A DNA stretch of 64,000 nt from Candidatus Niyogibacteria bacterium CG10_big_fil_rev_8_21_14_0_10_46_36 (lineage in GTDB: Bacteria > Patescibacteriota > Minisyncoccia > 1-14-0-10-42-19). A model generated the notes under the pieces. That model did no database searches and was not told the DNA's origin. It saw nothing but the letters and a program-made list of their open reading frames with translations. Below, in pieces: positions 31,209 to 40,872 of the stretch (within the stretch, counting starts at the first letter, position 1; every line of letters begins with the position of its first letter). The DNA lies in assembly GCA_002772995.1 (NCBI GenBank), contig PFCO01000009.1, positions 22,876 through 86,875 of the forward strand, in the 5' to 3' direction. A program made the position numbers and the translations under genes.

Positions 31209-32573
31209 CTATATATCGAATGATTCTCCTAGCTTTGGAGCAAACGCCCGAATCCCCAAATGATCACGTATCCGCTGCACAAAAAAGAGCGCGGACTCTC
31301 CTTCTCCGTGAATTGCAAACACCGTATCAAGCGTGTCTATAGAATCCTGGACAATACCCATAAGCATACCTTGATCGGGATGCGCAGAATATCCGGATAT
31401 CTTTTCAACACGCGCACGCACCGGCACTTCTTCGCCGAATATCTCTACACTCTTTGCGCCCTCCTGCAACTGCCTCCCGCGCGAACCTGCCGCTTGATAC
31501 CCAACCAACAACACCATTGAATGTGGGTCGGGTAAATACCGCCGCTCGTGGTGCAAAATGCGCCCACCGGTGGACATACCGGAACCCGCGATGATTACTT
31601 TTGGCGAAGGCACATCATTGATTGCTTTTGATTCTTCGGTGGCAAGCGTAAATTTAAGCATAGGGAACTTAAAAATGTGTTCGCCCGAATCCAAAATATA
31701 CCGCGTACGCTTATTGAAATACGCATCGCTCTTCCGATAAATTTCCGTCGCGCGTATTGCTAGCGGAGAATCAAGAAACACCGGTACCATGGGAACCCGC
31801 CCATGCTCTATAAGGTCGTTTATTTCGTAAAGAATCTCCTGTGTGCGCTCAAGCGAAAATGCGGGTATCATAAGTACGCCTTTTGCTTTGACGGTGTCTT
31901 CTATGGCGCGTTCAAGTTTTTGTTTGCGTTCGTCACGCGCTTCGTGGTCACGGTTCCCATACGTTGATTCGATAACCAAGATGTTCGCTCCCGAAATCTT
32001 TTCGGGCGGCGGCAATAATGGCGTTGGCGGGTTTCCGATATCTCCGGTAAATATTATTTTCTTTTGCGCACGACTCTCATCCTTGTAAATAATCTCCACC
32101 ATCGCTGAGCCTAGTACATGACCCGCATCAAGCAAGCGGATATGCATATCTCCAATAATGAACTCATGATGATATTCATGTCCCTCCCAATGCTCGAATG
32201 TCTTCTCAAAATGCTCTTCTTCGAATATCATTTCTTCCCCCTCGCGCTCTGCTTCCCGTTCCATTAACCCCAGACTATCCCGCAACATTAAATGCGCGAG
32301 TTCTTTTGTTGGATGCGTTGAATGAATCATTCCCTGAAATCCTTCTTTAAATAGCTTCGGGATGCGTCCTGTGTGATCGGTATGCGCATGCGTCACAATA
32401 ACGCCATCAATGGATGCGGGGTCAAATGTAAAGGGCTCATAATTTTGTGCTTCGCATACGCGGGGGCATTGGAATAACCCGCAGTCAACAAGCACCTTTG
32501 CCTCTGCGGTTTCTAACAAATAGCAAGAACCTGATATTTGCTGAGCGCCACCATGGAAAGAAAGTTTTGCCAT
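31209..32573 (-). CDS. Beta-CASP metallo-beta-lactamase RNA-processing nuclease
   Basis: THAHTDH, AGHVLGS, ESTYG, PAFSLERTQE, SGMSTGGR, SAHPD. Confidence 0.95.
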   Translation of the reverse strand: MAKLSFHGGAQQISGSCYLLETAEAKVLVDCGLFQCPRVCEAQNYEPFTFDPASIDGVIVTHAHTDHTGRIPKLFKEGFQGMIHSTHPTKELAHLMLRDSLGLMEREAEREGEEMIFEEEHFEKTFEHWEGHEYHHEFIIGDMHIRLLDAGHVLGSAMVEIIYKDESRAQKKIIFTGDIGNPPTPLLPPPEKISGANILVIESTYGNRDHEARDERKQKLERAIEDTVKAKGVLMIPAFSLERTQEILYEINDLIEHGRVPMVPVFLDSPLAIRATEIYRKSDAYFNKRTRYILDSGEHIFKFPMLKFTLATEESKAINDVPSPKVIIAGSGMSTGGRILHHERRYLPDPHSMVLLVGYQAAGSRGRQLQEGAKSVEIFGEEVPVRARVEKISGYSAHPDQGMLMGIVQDSIDTLDTVFAIHGEGESALFFVQRIRDHLGIRAFAPKLGESFDI

Positions 32574-32677
32574 GCTTTTAGTATATCATTTATTTTCTGC
32601 TCATATCTTGCTTTTTTGCAAAAAATACCGTATAATCAAAAAAATTTGAAAACAAAATACATAAGGAGGTGCCTAGT

Positions 32678-34102
32678 ATGGCTGCCGGCAGAGACAATGA
32701 AACAAGGTATGTAAAAATTCCCATACGGGGAGATGTTTCCCACCTGAGTACGGGGAACAAAGATACGCTTGAAGCGCTTATTTCCGCAGCAAGGCTCATT
32801 AATCCGATATATCTTGCGCAGATGAACCAGAAATTGGAAGAAACGGGCGGTATTATTGATGAATCCCGGAACGCGGCATATTACCCCCCCGGCATGACAG
32901 CCGAAGAGCTTGAAGTATACATACAAGCGCACCCCGACCAAAAACAAGATATCCTGTCTCCATTTTCGGTGGTGCAGAGAGACGGCACACTGCTCAAAAC
33001 TATCCCGTATGCGGAGCTTTATGAGCCGCATCTCACACGCATGAAGCTTTTTCTTGAGCATGCGTCACGCATAACGGATCATCCGCAGTTTAAAAAATTT
33101 CTTAAAAGCAAAGCCGCCGCGTTTGTTTCAAATGAATATAAAGAAAGCGACATAGACTGGATACATGTAACCGATGCACCGATAGAGCTCACCATAGGGC
33201 CGTACGAAAGCTACGAAGACAAAACTCTCGGCATAAAACGAAATTTTGAAGCAATGCTCGGAGTGACTCTCACGGAAGAAAACGAAAAAGTCAGGCAATA
33301 TCAAGACTTAACGCTGGAATTTGATGCGTATCTCGGAAACATGTACGGCTACACACCTTCTGGGAAAATAACGCCCATGGTAGTGATGAACGAAATACTG
33401 GCAACCGGAGGAGCGTATTACAGCTACATCGCGATGGCATATAATCTGCCAAACGATAACGACATACACGAAACCGTTGGATCAAAAAAGGTGTTTGTAA
33501 AAAATGTCATGGATGCAAAGTTTACTACCATGACCATACCCATCGCGGAACGAATTGTAGAGCGCTCCATGATGCATCACTTTGACCCATGGACCTATTT
33601 TCTCTTCGTTGTAGGACATGAGCTTTCACACGGACTTGGCTTCCGATTCAGCGGACCGGAATTTAAAGAACTCGGGCCATCCCTGGAAGAAGCAAAAGCG
33701 GATGTATTCGGCATGCTGTTCCTTTATTTTCTTGCCGAAAAGGGAGTGCTTGCGAAAGAAGTTGCGGAATCAGCCGTATACATACATGCCATCGACGGTC
33801 TCCGTCAGCTTCGCTTTGGACTTGAAGAGGCTCACGCATTCGGCGCCCGCATACAGTATCAATGGCTAGAGAACATGGGGGCTATCGGCATTCATGAACA
33901 GACATTTTTGTTTGACCCGCGATTTTTCAAGCAGGCACTTGAAAGCCTGGGATATGAATTTTTCAAATTATCCCAAGCGCAAAATTACACGAACACAAAA
34001 TCATTTGCAGACACATGGAGTGCAGTATTACCCGGATTAAAACCCATGATAAAACGCCTGGAAGGAATTCCGGTCGACATAGACCCCATCTTTGACTGTT
34101 AA
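32678..34102 (+). CDS. Peptidase M49 (dipeptidyl peptidase III-like)
   Basis: IGPYESYED, AYNLPND, HELSHG, LEEAKAD; AAGGAGG SD before ATG 32678. Confidence 0.88.
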   Translation: MAAGRDNETRYVKIPIRGDVSHLSTGNKDTLEALISAARLINPIYLAQMNQKLEETGGIIDESRNAAYYPPGMTAEELEVYIQAHPDQKQDILSPFSVVQRDGTLLKTIPYAELYEPHLTRMKLFLEHASRITDHPQFKKFLKSKAAAFVSNEYKESDIDWIHVTDAPIELTIGPYESYEDKTLGIKRNFEAMLGVTLTEENEKVRQYQDLTLEFDAYLGNMYGYTPSGKITPMVVMNEILATGGAYYSYIAMAYNLPNDNDIHETVGSKKVFVKNVMDAKFTTMTIPIAERIVERSMMHHFDPWTYFLFVVGHELSHGLGFRFSGPEFKELGPSLEEAKADVFGMLFLYFLAEKGVLAKEVAESAVYIHAIDGLRQLRFGLEEAHAFGARIQYQWLENMGAIGIHEQTFLFDPRFFKQALESLGYEFFKLSQAQNYTNTKSFADTWSAVLPGLKPMIKRLEGIPVDIDPIFDC

Positions 34103-34133
34103 AAACAACACCGGCTGCTTATCGCAGCCGGTT

Positions 34134-35282
34134 TTATATTTGAGATAATGCGTATGCCGCTTTTTCTTCCAATTCTTTTCGTATCGGGTCTTCTATCTTT
34201 TTTATTTCTTCTATCGTTGTTTTCGTCCGCGGAGAACCTTCCACAAAAAGCGAACAACAATCTTCATACGGCAGTTTTGAGATGTCATATGTCCCATATT
34301 GCTTTGCGCGCTCAATAATCTCCTCTTTATCAAGCCCCGCCAACGGCCGGAGAATGGGCAATGTGGCTATCTCCGAAATGGTCTCAATATTCTCGAGGGT
34401 TTGTGATGCAACCTGGCCTATAGAATCCCCAGTTACAAGAGCATGTGCTTTTTGCATGCGGGCTACACGTTCTGCCATCCACAACATCCACCGCCGATAC
34501 ATAACTATCCGCAGAGCTGACGGAGCCTTGGTAACAACATACTGCTGGATATCGCTTAACGGCACTTCAAGCAACGCAAGCGATGAGGGAGCATAGCGCG
34601 AAAGCGCATCGCGCATATGCCGCACATTCTCTAAAGAGTCCTTTGATGTGTACGGGTAGCTATGGAAATGAACGAGCGCTGGCACACACCCGCGCTTCAT
34701 CATATACAGCGCCGCTATCGGAGAATCAAAACCGGCTGATAGGAGTACTACGACCTTCCCCGAAACACCGACCGGCAATCCCCCCGGTCCTTGTATGCGT
34801 TCAGTTAAAAGATACGCATGCCCTTCAACTATCTCTATACTCAAAACAAGCTCGGGATTTTTGAGCGAAACAGGGAAACCGAATTCTTCATGGATAACCG
34901 CGCCCACTTCCCGCTCAACATCCTGCGATGTGAAGGGATGGTTTTTTTCCGCACGCGACGCAGTAACGCGGAACGGAACTTTTTTTATTTCTGGAAAAAC
35001 ACGGCGTGCTTCTTCTTGTATTGCTTCCATTGTAGCGCCAGCGCGCGTGCCTATTTCAATGTGATGAATACCAAATACATACCGCAACCGTTCGGCTAAC
35101 GCATCCTTTTGAGATGCGTCCGCACACAAAACTATTCTCCCTGAAATGCGCGAAGCCGAATCATACAACCCATGCGCCTGTCTTTCTATATTAGAAAGAA
35201 GCGCCTTCTCAAAGAAAGCGCGATTTTTTCCCTTTAGTGCTATTTCATGATAATGCACTACAATGTATTTTTTTTCAGCCAT
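34134..35282 (-). CDS. thiI: tRNA 4-thiouridine synthase ThiI (THUMP + PP-loop, no rhodanese)
   Basis: EIALKGKNR, GPGGLPVG, LLSAGFDS, GQVASQTL.N, RPL, EDCC. Confidence 0.95.
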   Translation of the reverse strand: MAEKKYIVVHYHEIALKGKNRAFFEKALLSNIERQAHGLYDSASRISGRIVLCADASQKDALAERLRYVFGIHHIEIGTRAGATMEAIQEEARRVFPEIKKVPFRVTASRAEKNHPFTSQDVEREVGAVIHEEFGFPVSLKNPELVLSIEIVEGHAYLLTERIQGPGGLPVGVSGKVVVLLSAGFDSPIAALYMMKRGCVPALVHFHSYPYTSKDSLENVRHMRDALSRYAPSSLALLEVPLSDIQQYVVTKAPSALRIVMYRRWMLWMAERVARMQKAHALVTGDSIGQVASQTLENIETISEIATLPILRPLAGLDKEEIIERAKQYGTYDISKLPYEDCCSLFVEGSPRTKTTIEEIKKIEDPIRKELEEKAAYALSQI

Positions 35283-35692
35283 AGTAAGAGCATGCCCGCA
35301 AGCGAACCGCCAGCGATATCCATTAAAAGATCCAGCAACGTATCAACAAGCACCGCTTTCCCGGAAAGGCCAATGCCCAAGAACGGGATATTGATAATGT
35401 CCATGGCAAACTCAAAGAATTCCCACAAGACACCTACGAGCGCTGTCCCGCTTACAATAACTACAAACGCGATAAAACACGGCATCCGGACGCTGCCTCT
35501 GTATGTATAAAAAAGGAGGTAATATATGAAACTAGCAGCCCAAAATCCGCCCATGCCGTGCACCGCAATATCAAACCAAGGCAGTATATAATAGAGCGAT
35601 GTAAGAAGTGCAAATATATGCACGCCCAAAATAATGACAAGGGATGTAAGGAGAAATGCCGGGAAATTATCTTTTTCTTTTTTAAAAAACAT
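35258..35692 (-). CDS. Membrane protein (VanZ/DUF2238-like)
   Basis: WFD...HG.GG, GVLWEFFEF, DTLLDLLMD..G; four TM segments. Confidence 0.75.
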   Translation of the reverse strand: MFFKKEKDNFPAFLLTSLVIILGVHIFALLTSLYYILPWFDIAVHGMGGFWAASFIYYLLFYTYRGSVRMPCFIAFVVIVSGTALVGVLWEFFEFAMDIINIPFLGIGLSGKAVLVDTLLDLLMDIAGGSLAGMLLLWLKKNTL

Positions 35693-35716
35693 ACAGGTCT
35701 CCTGTGCGCAAATACG

Positions 35717-36307
35717 CTAAAACATTATATCCTCTTCCGCCCGTTTGTACGCATGAATCTCTTGGTCTGTAAACCAATGTGTAAGTTCATGCTTTGCCTC
35801 TTCCGGGTCGCCCGACGCATGCACCACATTATGAATGGAACGCTTTTGGATATTTGCAAGCGTAGGAGAATCAACCGAAAAATCGCCGCGTATCGTTCCC
35901 ATTTCTGCAAACGCAGGAATGGTTTTGCCCACGATCTTGCGCACCATATCAATGGCATGTATCCCTTGTACTACCATTGCTACCATGGGACCAGACGTCA
36001 AAAAATCAACATTCCAGCGTGCAACTTGTTTGCCTATTTCTATCGGATCATCAGTACCAACTTCTTTTTTGGCCTCTTTGCCATATTTTTCATAATTTTC
36101 AAGCGTCTTTTCTCCAATCCCGCGAAGCCATGGTTCTGTGTTAGGGTAGTGGCTGTGCGCATGCTCCCGCGAGGCCAATATCATTTTGAGCGCAATCACT
36201 TTCAAACCACGCATCTCAATGCGCTTAATTACTTCGCCTATCAATCCGCGCTTTACACCGTCGGGCTTGATAAGCACTACTGTTTTTTCTTCTGATGGGT
36301 GTTTCAT
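35717..36307 (-). CDS. ndk: Nucleoside diphosphate kinase
   Basis: IKPDGVKRGL.G, SGP, GTIRGDF, NVVHAS. Confidence 0.97.
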   Translation of the reverse strand: MKHPSEEKTVVLIKPDGVKRGLIGEVIKRIEMRGLKVIALKMILASREHAHSHYPNTEPWLRGIGEKTLENYEKYGKEAKKEVGTDDPIEIGKQVARWNVDFLTSGPMVAMVVQGIHAIDMVRKIVGKTIPAFAEMGTIRGDFSVDSPTLANIQKRSIHNVVHASGDPEEAKHELTHWFTDQEIHAYKRAEEDIMF

Positions 36308-36486
36308 ATGTTCACATACTAATGAAAATGGATTCTTTTGACAAGATATAAAAAATCCGGAATATATCCCAGATTTTTGTTTTTAGTATATGGATATCAT
36401 ACGCTATCAGTCTTTGCCGCCTCCCGAGAAAGCTCAAGCAAGCCCCCCGACTACATCAGCGATATCCTGAACTTCCCCATAGATGG

Positions 36487-36513
36487 AAAAGCCGCCTATT
36501 ACGGGGCGGCTTT
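36487..36513 (-). terminator. Intrinsic terminator after prs
   Basis: AAAGCCGCC-loop-GGCGGCTTT. Confidence 0.7.
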
Positions 36514-36518
36514 GCTTA

Positions 36519-37424
36519 TTATAAAATCTCTTTCCTCGTGTATTCAGCGATAAGAGGAGCTATGGAGTGCACCTGAAACATTGAGGGCTCCCGTATGGCA
36601 ATGGTGTCGGTTATATGAGCGCTCGCAAAGAATATATTTGAGTGCGCAAACCGCTCATACCCCTGCCCGCTCAGCACAGCATGCGTTGCAAACAAATGAA
36701 TATCTTTTGCGCCGGCGTTTTTTAACGCCTCAGCACCCTTCATAACAGTCCCGCCGGAGTCGACGATATCGTCAATCATGATAACTGTCTTATTCGCCAC
36801 ATCACCAATGATATGCATCACTTCTACCTCGCCCGGTCCTGCGCGACGCTTATCAAGAGAAACCGCACTCACATTAAATTCTTTCGCATATGAACGAGCT
36901 ATACGGAGCCTCCCTACATCTGCTGACGCAAAAACAAACTCAGAAGAAATACGCATGTCACGAATAACATCAAAGAATATGGGCTTTGCGTATAATTCCT
37001 TTACTCGGATACGCATATCAAGTGCTGTACAGTATTGAATACCCGCATTATGCAAATCCACGAGAAGAACCCTGTTTGGCCTTCGTGATGCTATAGCAGT
37101 CATCTGCATGCGCCCCGCTATATCTTCACCCTCCTGGTCTGCACGGTCTTGCCGCCCCGCGCCAAAATACGGAACGATAACTACGGTTTTTTGCACGCTG
37201 AATCCCTGGACAGTATCAAGCAAGGTAAGCAATTCTGTGAATTCAACCGGCCCTTGTGTATTTCCTACCACAAGCGCAACTTCGTTGTGAGGCGTTTCAA
37301 GAATATGATTAAAGATTTGTCCGTCGGGATATTTTCCTATATTCACCGGGCTCGGCGTTGTCCCGAGGCATCTCGCTATTTTTTCACCGAGATTCTTCCC
37401 TGATCCTGTCGTGTAGATCTTCAA
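36519..37424 (-). CDS. prs: Ribose-phosphate pyrophosphokinase (divergent)
   Basis: YPDGQ, PYFGAGRQDR, DLHN, KRR, IDDIVDSGGT, ATHAVLS; GGAGG SD before TTG. Confidence 0.92.
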   Translation of the reverse strand: MKIYTTGSGKNLGEKIARCLGTTPSPVNIGKYPDGQIFNHILETPHNEVALVVGNTQGPVEFTELLTLLDTVQGFSVQKTVVIVPYFGAGRQDRADQEGEDIAGRMQMTAIASRRPNRVLLVDLHNAGIQYCTALDMRIRVKELYAKPIFFDVIRDMRISSEFVFASADVGRLRIARSYAKEFNVSAVSLDKRRAGPGEVEVMHIIGDVANKTVIMIDDIVDSGGTVMKGAEALKNAGAKDIHLFATHAVLSGQGYERFAHSNIFFASAHITDTIAIREPSMFQVHSIAPLIAEYTRKEIL

Positions 37425-37454
37425 TACTACATCCTCCCTTTCCTGTGCAATTTT

Positions 37455-38309
37455 TTAAAAGACATTTTCTCCATTTGAGCGCAGAATTACTGTACTGTCA
37501 ATGTCGGTGCGGAGTATGCGGATGCCTGCTTTTTCCAACTTATTGAGGATAACATCATGCGGGTGGCCATAGCGGTTATTCCTACCCGCAGAAATAACTG
37601 CGACACTTGGAGATACAGCTTTTAAAAATGCGTCGCTCGTAGATGTCTTGGAGCCATGATGCCCCACCTTCAACACTTCGCATCCTATATCGTCCCCCAA
37701 AAGAGAGCGTTCTATATCCCGTTCCATGTCACCCGTGAATATAACGCAGGTATTTCCATACACAAGCTTCCCCACAATCATAGCGTCGTGTATGTTCGCA
37801 GGCTCTTCTTGTATGAAAGATGCGGGAGCAAGAACATCAAACCAGACATCAGATGCAAGCCAAATCCGCATGCCGCGAAGCGCGCGTACGTGCTCTGCTC
37901 CTTCCGCGTCTACCTTTTCATCCCATTCCCGGAATGCCCCCGAATCATATGGCGTCTCTGCCGCAACTACCGTCCGAACATCATACCGGTCAAGCACATC
38001 AATAAGTCCCCCCACATGGTCCTCATGCGGATGGGACAAAAGAACCACATCAATAGTTCTGTCGGTAAACGGCATAATGCTCCCAAGCTCTGAAAGAATT
38101 TTTTTATTCGGGCCGCCGTCAATAAGCATTTGCACATGGTCTGGCGTTTCAATAAATATCGCGTCTCCCTGCCCGATGTCTAAAAAATACATTACTACTT
38201 CGCGGGAACCCTCTCCACCGAATGCGAAAAGAGCACCCCATAAAAATATGGCGACGAAGAGCAATCCAAAAAAAATGTACGCACATGAATGTGCGCGAAC
38301 ATGCAACAT
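37455..38309 (-). CDS. ComEC C-terminal metallo-beta-lactamase (nuclease) domain, stand-alone
   Basis: FLDIGQGDA, LIDGG, SHPHEDHVGG, FTGD, KVGHHGS, NRYGHP, RTD. Confidence 0.94.
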   Translation of the reverse strand: MLHVRAHSCAYIFFGLLFVAIFLWGALFAFGGEGSREVVMYFLDIGQGDAIFIETPDHVQMLIDGGPNKKILSELGSIMPFTDRTIDVVLLSHPHEDHVGGLIDVLDRYDVRTVVAAETPYDSGAFREWDEKVDAEGAEHVRALRGMRIWLASDVWFDVLAPASFIQEEPANIHDAMIVGKLVYGNTCVIFTGDMERDIERSLLGDDIGCEVLKVGHHGSKTSTSDAFLKAVSPSVAVISAGRNNRYGHPHDVILNKLEKAGIRILRTDIDSTVILRSNGENVF

Positions 38310-38330
38310 AATTTTCCTACCATAATATAA

Positions 38331-38359
38331 AAAAAGCCCCGCGCAAAGCGGAGCTTTTT
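38331..38359 (-). terminator. Intrinsic terminator after the SDR gene
   Basis: AAAAAGCCCCGC-gcaaa-GCGGAGCTTTTT. Confidence 0.65.
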
Positions 38360-38371
38360 GTTCCAGCGTCA

Positions 38372-39190
38372 TTAGACGCAGCGGATTTTTTCTTTTATAG
38401 AATCAAGGTAGTCGTTATATGAACGCCCCTTTTCGTCAACGAATTCTCCGTGGAGATCCTCTGCAAGCACCCGGCACACCTGTGCGGCCACCTCGGAAGG
38501 TTCACTCAACAGTTTTTGATTGAATCGCGCAAGTAGTCCTTCCATAAGTTCCTTGTTCTCTTCTAGGTGACTTATCATGCCGGTCCTCACCATACCAGGC
38601 GTAAGACAATTTGCACGCACATCAATCCCCTTTCTTTCCCGCATACCGTTCAGCGTCCCCATAAATGAGCGCATAAACCCAATAACCGCGGCTTTGGTGG
38701 AATCATACATCTCGGAACCGCTCTCTGGATCAAGGCCCGCCAGAGAAGCAATAGTAATGATGCGGCCATGTTTTTGCGGAATAAAAAATCTGTTCATAAA
38801 TTCATTCGTAAGGCCTATCATTGCCGCATAATTTATGGTGCATACCTGAAGGATGTCGTCCATAGTCCATTTGGTAATGAATTTGCTCTTCCCTCCGGGA
38901 CCTATAACGCCCGCGGTATAGATAAATATATCTATAGGCGTTCTTGCCATCTGTATCTTTGAGAATAGATTATCCCACGATGCCGGATTCATGACATCAA
39001 TCCCCGCTGTGTAATACGCGCCGCCGCACGCTTCATCAGAAGAAATAGAAGATACTGCGCTGTAACACTTTTTAATATCATTATCGGCAAGAAAAAATGT
39101 AGTAACGCCCTTGATCCGCAATGCTTTTACTATTTCTGCACCCATACCGCCAACACCCACAATAGCAACATGCTTATTATTAAAATTCAT
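38372..39190 (-). CDS. Short-chain dehydrogenase/reductase
   Basis: VG.GGMG Rossmann motif, TAGV, IASLAG, YDSTK (YxxxK), PGMVRT; GAGGAG SD. Confidence 0.9.
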   Translation of the reverse strand: MNFNNKHVAIVGVGGMGAEIVKALRIKGVTTFFLADNDIKKCYSAVSSISSDEACGGAYYTAGIDVMNPASWDNLFSKIQMARTPIDIFIYTAGVIGPGGKSKFITKWTMDDILQVCTINYAAMIGLTNEFMNRFFIPQKHGRIITIASLAGLDPESGSEMYDSTKAAVIGFMRSFMGTLNGMRERKGIDVRANCLTPGMVRTGMISHLEENKELMEGLLARFNQKLLSEPSEVAAQVCRVLAEDLHGEFVDEKGRSYNDYLDSIKEKIRCV

Positions 39191-39325
39191 AAAAGAGCTC
39201 CTCTTGCTGCAAAATTTTGCTTTCATTGTATACTATTTTTCAAAAAAATCAACCCCGCTAGACACTATCATGTAACGCGCTCTTATACATCGCATGGAAA
39301 ATAGATAAGTTCATCTAAAATCAAG

Positions 39326-39352
39326 AAAAAGCCGCACAATATATGTGCGGCT
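39326..39352 (-). terminator. Intrinsic terminator after guaB
   Basis: AGCCGCACA-atata-TGTGCGGCT with a U-tract on the minus strand. Confidence 0.7.
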
Positions 39353-39360
39353 AAGTTTCG

Positions 39361-40809
39361 TTAGAGTTTTTTATAGTTTGGAGGGTCTTTTTCCAGTAGA
39401 ATGTCGTGAGGCCCGCTTTCTTGCATCGTGGCAAAGCTCATGATTTGCGCTTCTATTTCTGTTTCATGCATATCCTGTATAGAGGCGCACCCAAGATACC
39501 CCATCCCCTGGCGAAGGCCTCCGAGAAGATAATGTATCTCTTCCCTGAAGGTTCCATGATACGGTATCAGCGCCTCTACGCCCTCCGGGACGGCTTTTGC
39601 GCCATATCGGTCGCTTCCTCCGCTTTTTAGTACTGCCTCTGAGCCCATTCCGCGATATCTTTTGTACTTCACCCCTTTGACTTCCACTATCTCCCCGGGG
39701 CTCTCATCAAGTTCGGCAAAAAGTCTTCCTATCATCACAGCGTCCGCACCCGCAGCTAAGGCTTTGGTGATATCTCCGGAAAAACGAATACCTCCGTCCG
39801 CGATGATGGGAACAGATCGCTCTTTTGCGGCAGATACAACATTTTCTATCGCGCTGATCTGCGCAACACCAATTCCAGTAACCATACGGGTAGTACAGAT
39901 AGAACCGCCTCCAATGCCTACACGAAGTCCATCGGCGCCAAGATCTATCAAGTCGTCGGCCGCTTCTCTTGTCGCAATATTCCCCACAACGATATCAACC
40001 ATCCCGCTTACTGATTTCAGTTTTTTAAGCGCATTCATTACATTGCTTGAATGGCCATGCGAGCTGTCAAGAACAATCATATCAACATCGTGGTTCAGCA
40101 ATTCTATCGCACGTTCATAAAAATCTCCCGTGGCACCGATTGCAGCGGCAACGCGCAAGCGTCCTTCTTTGTCGCGCGTAGCTGACGAGAACTCCCGCAT
40201 AAGATTGATGTCCTTCAGGGTTATGAGCCCGCGCAAATGCCCCGCTTCGTCCACCAACGGAAGTTTTTCGATATGCTCTTTCAAAAGTATCTTGTACGCT
40301 TTTTCCGCCGAAATGCACTCTGAAGCAACTACTAATTTTTCTAACGGTCTCATTGCCTTTTGTACAAGAAAATCATCATCAGGAGCATACAGCAGATCTC
40401 TGCGGGTAAGCAGCCCTACAAGTGTGTCATCAGACTTAACAATGGGAATACCTGAAATGCCTCTTTCTTCCACAAGCTTTTTTGCATCTCCTATGGTCTT
40501 ATGCGGAGCAAGTGTGTATGGCTTTGCTATCTTCCCGCTCTGGTAACGCTTAACGCGGTATACTTCATGCGCTTGGCGCTCTATATCCATAGCCCGATGA
40601 ATAACGCCGATACCCCCATGCAAAGCAAGAGCTATCGCCATCTTATACTCCGTCACCGTATCCATAGGCGAAGAAATAAGTGGTATGCTCATGGCAACAT
40701 TTCTACTGCAACGCGTTTCCAAAGAAACTTCCGAGGGAAGTATTTCGGAACGCCGCGGCGCAAGTAATATATCGTCAAATGTTCTTCCTGATTCTTTAAT
40801 AGTCAGCAC
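39361..40809 (-). CDS. guaB: IMP dehydrogenase with CBS pair
   Basis: TFDDILL.P, SPMDTVTE, GSICTTR, ADGGI, YRGMGS, flap RY dyad, PEGVE; AGGAGG SD before GTG 40809. Confidence 0.95.
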   Translation of the reverse strand: MLTIKESGRTFDDILLAPRRSEILPSEVSLETRCSRNVAMSIPLISSPMDTVTEYKMAIALALHGGIGVIHRAMDIERQAHEVYRVKRYQSGKIAKPYTLAPHKTIGDAKKLVEERGISGIPIVKSDDTLVGLLTRRDLLYAPDDDFLVQKAMRPLEKLVVASECISAEKAYKILLKEHIEKLPLVDEAGHLRGLITLKDINLMREFSSATRDKEGRLRVAAAIGATGDFYERAIELLNHDVDMIVLDSSHGHSSNVMNALKKLKSVSGMVDIVVGNIATREAADDLIDLGADGLRVGIGGGSICTTRMVTGIGVAQISAIENVVSAAKERSVPIIADGGIRFSGDITKALAAGADAVMIGRLFAELDESPGEIVEVKGVKYKRYRGMGSEAVLKSGGSDRYGAKAVPEGVEALIPYHGTFREEIHYLLGGLRQGMGYLGCASIQDMHETEIEAQIMSFATMQESGPHDILLEKDPPNYKKL

Positions 40810-40872
40810 TTTCTCCTCCTGTTGTAAAAGATGTATGTGCAAAAGAATACCACATTTTTTTGTATATGGCAA

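Noticed and set aside
39361-40809. GMP reductase instead of IMPDH
   Set aside because: The flap Arg-Tyr dyad (SDRY), PEGVE and CBS pair fit IMPDH
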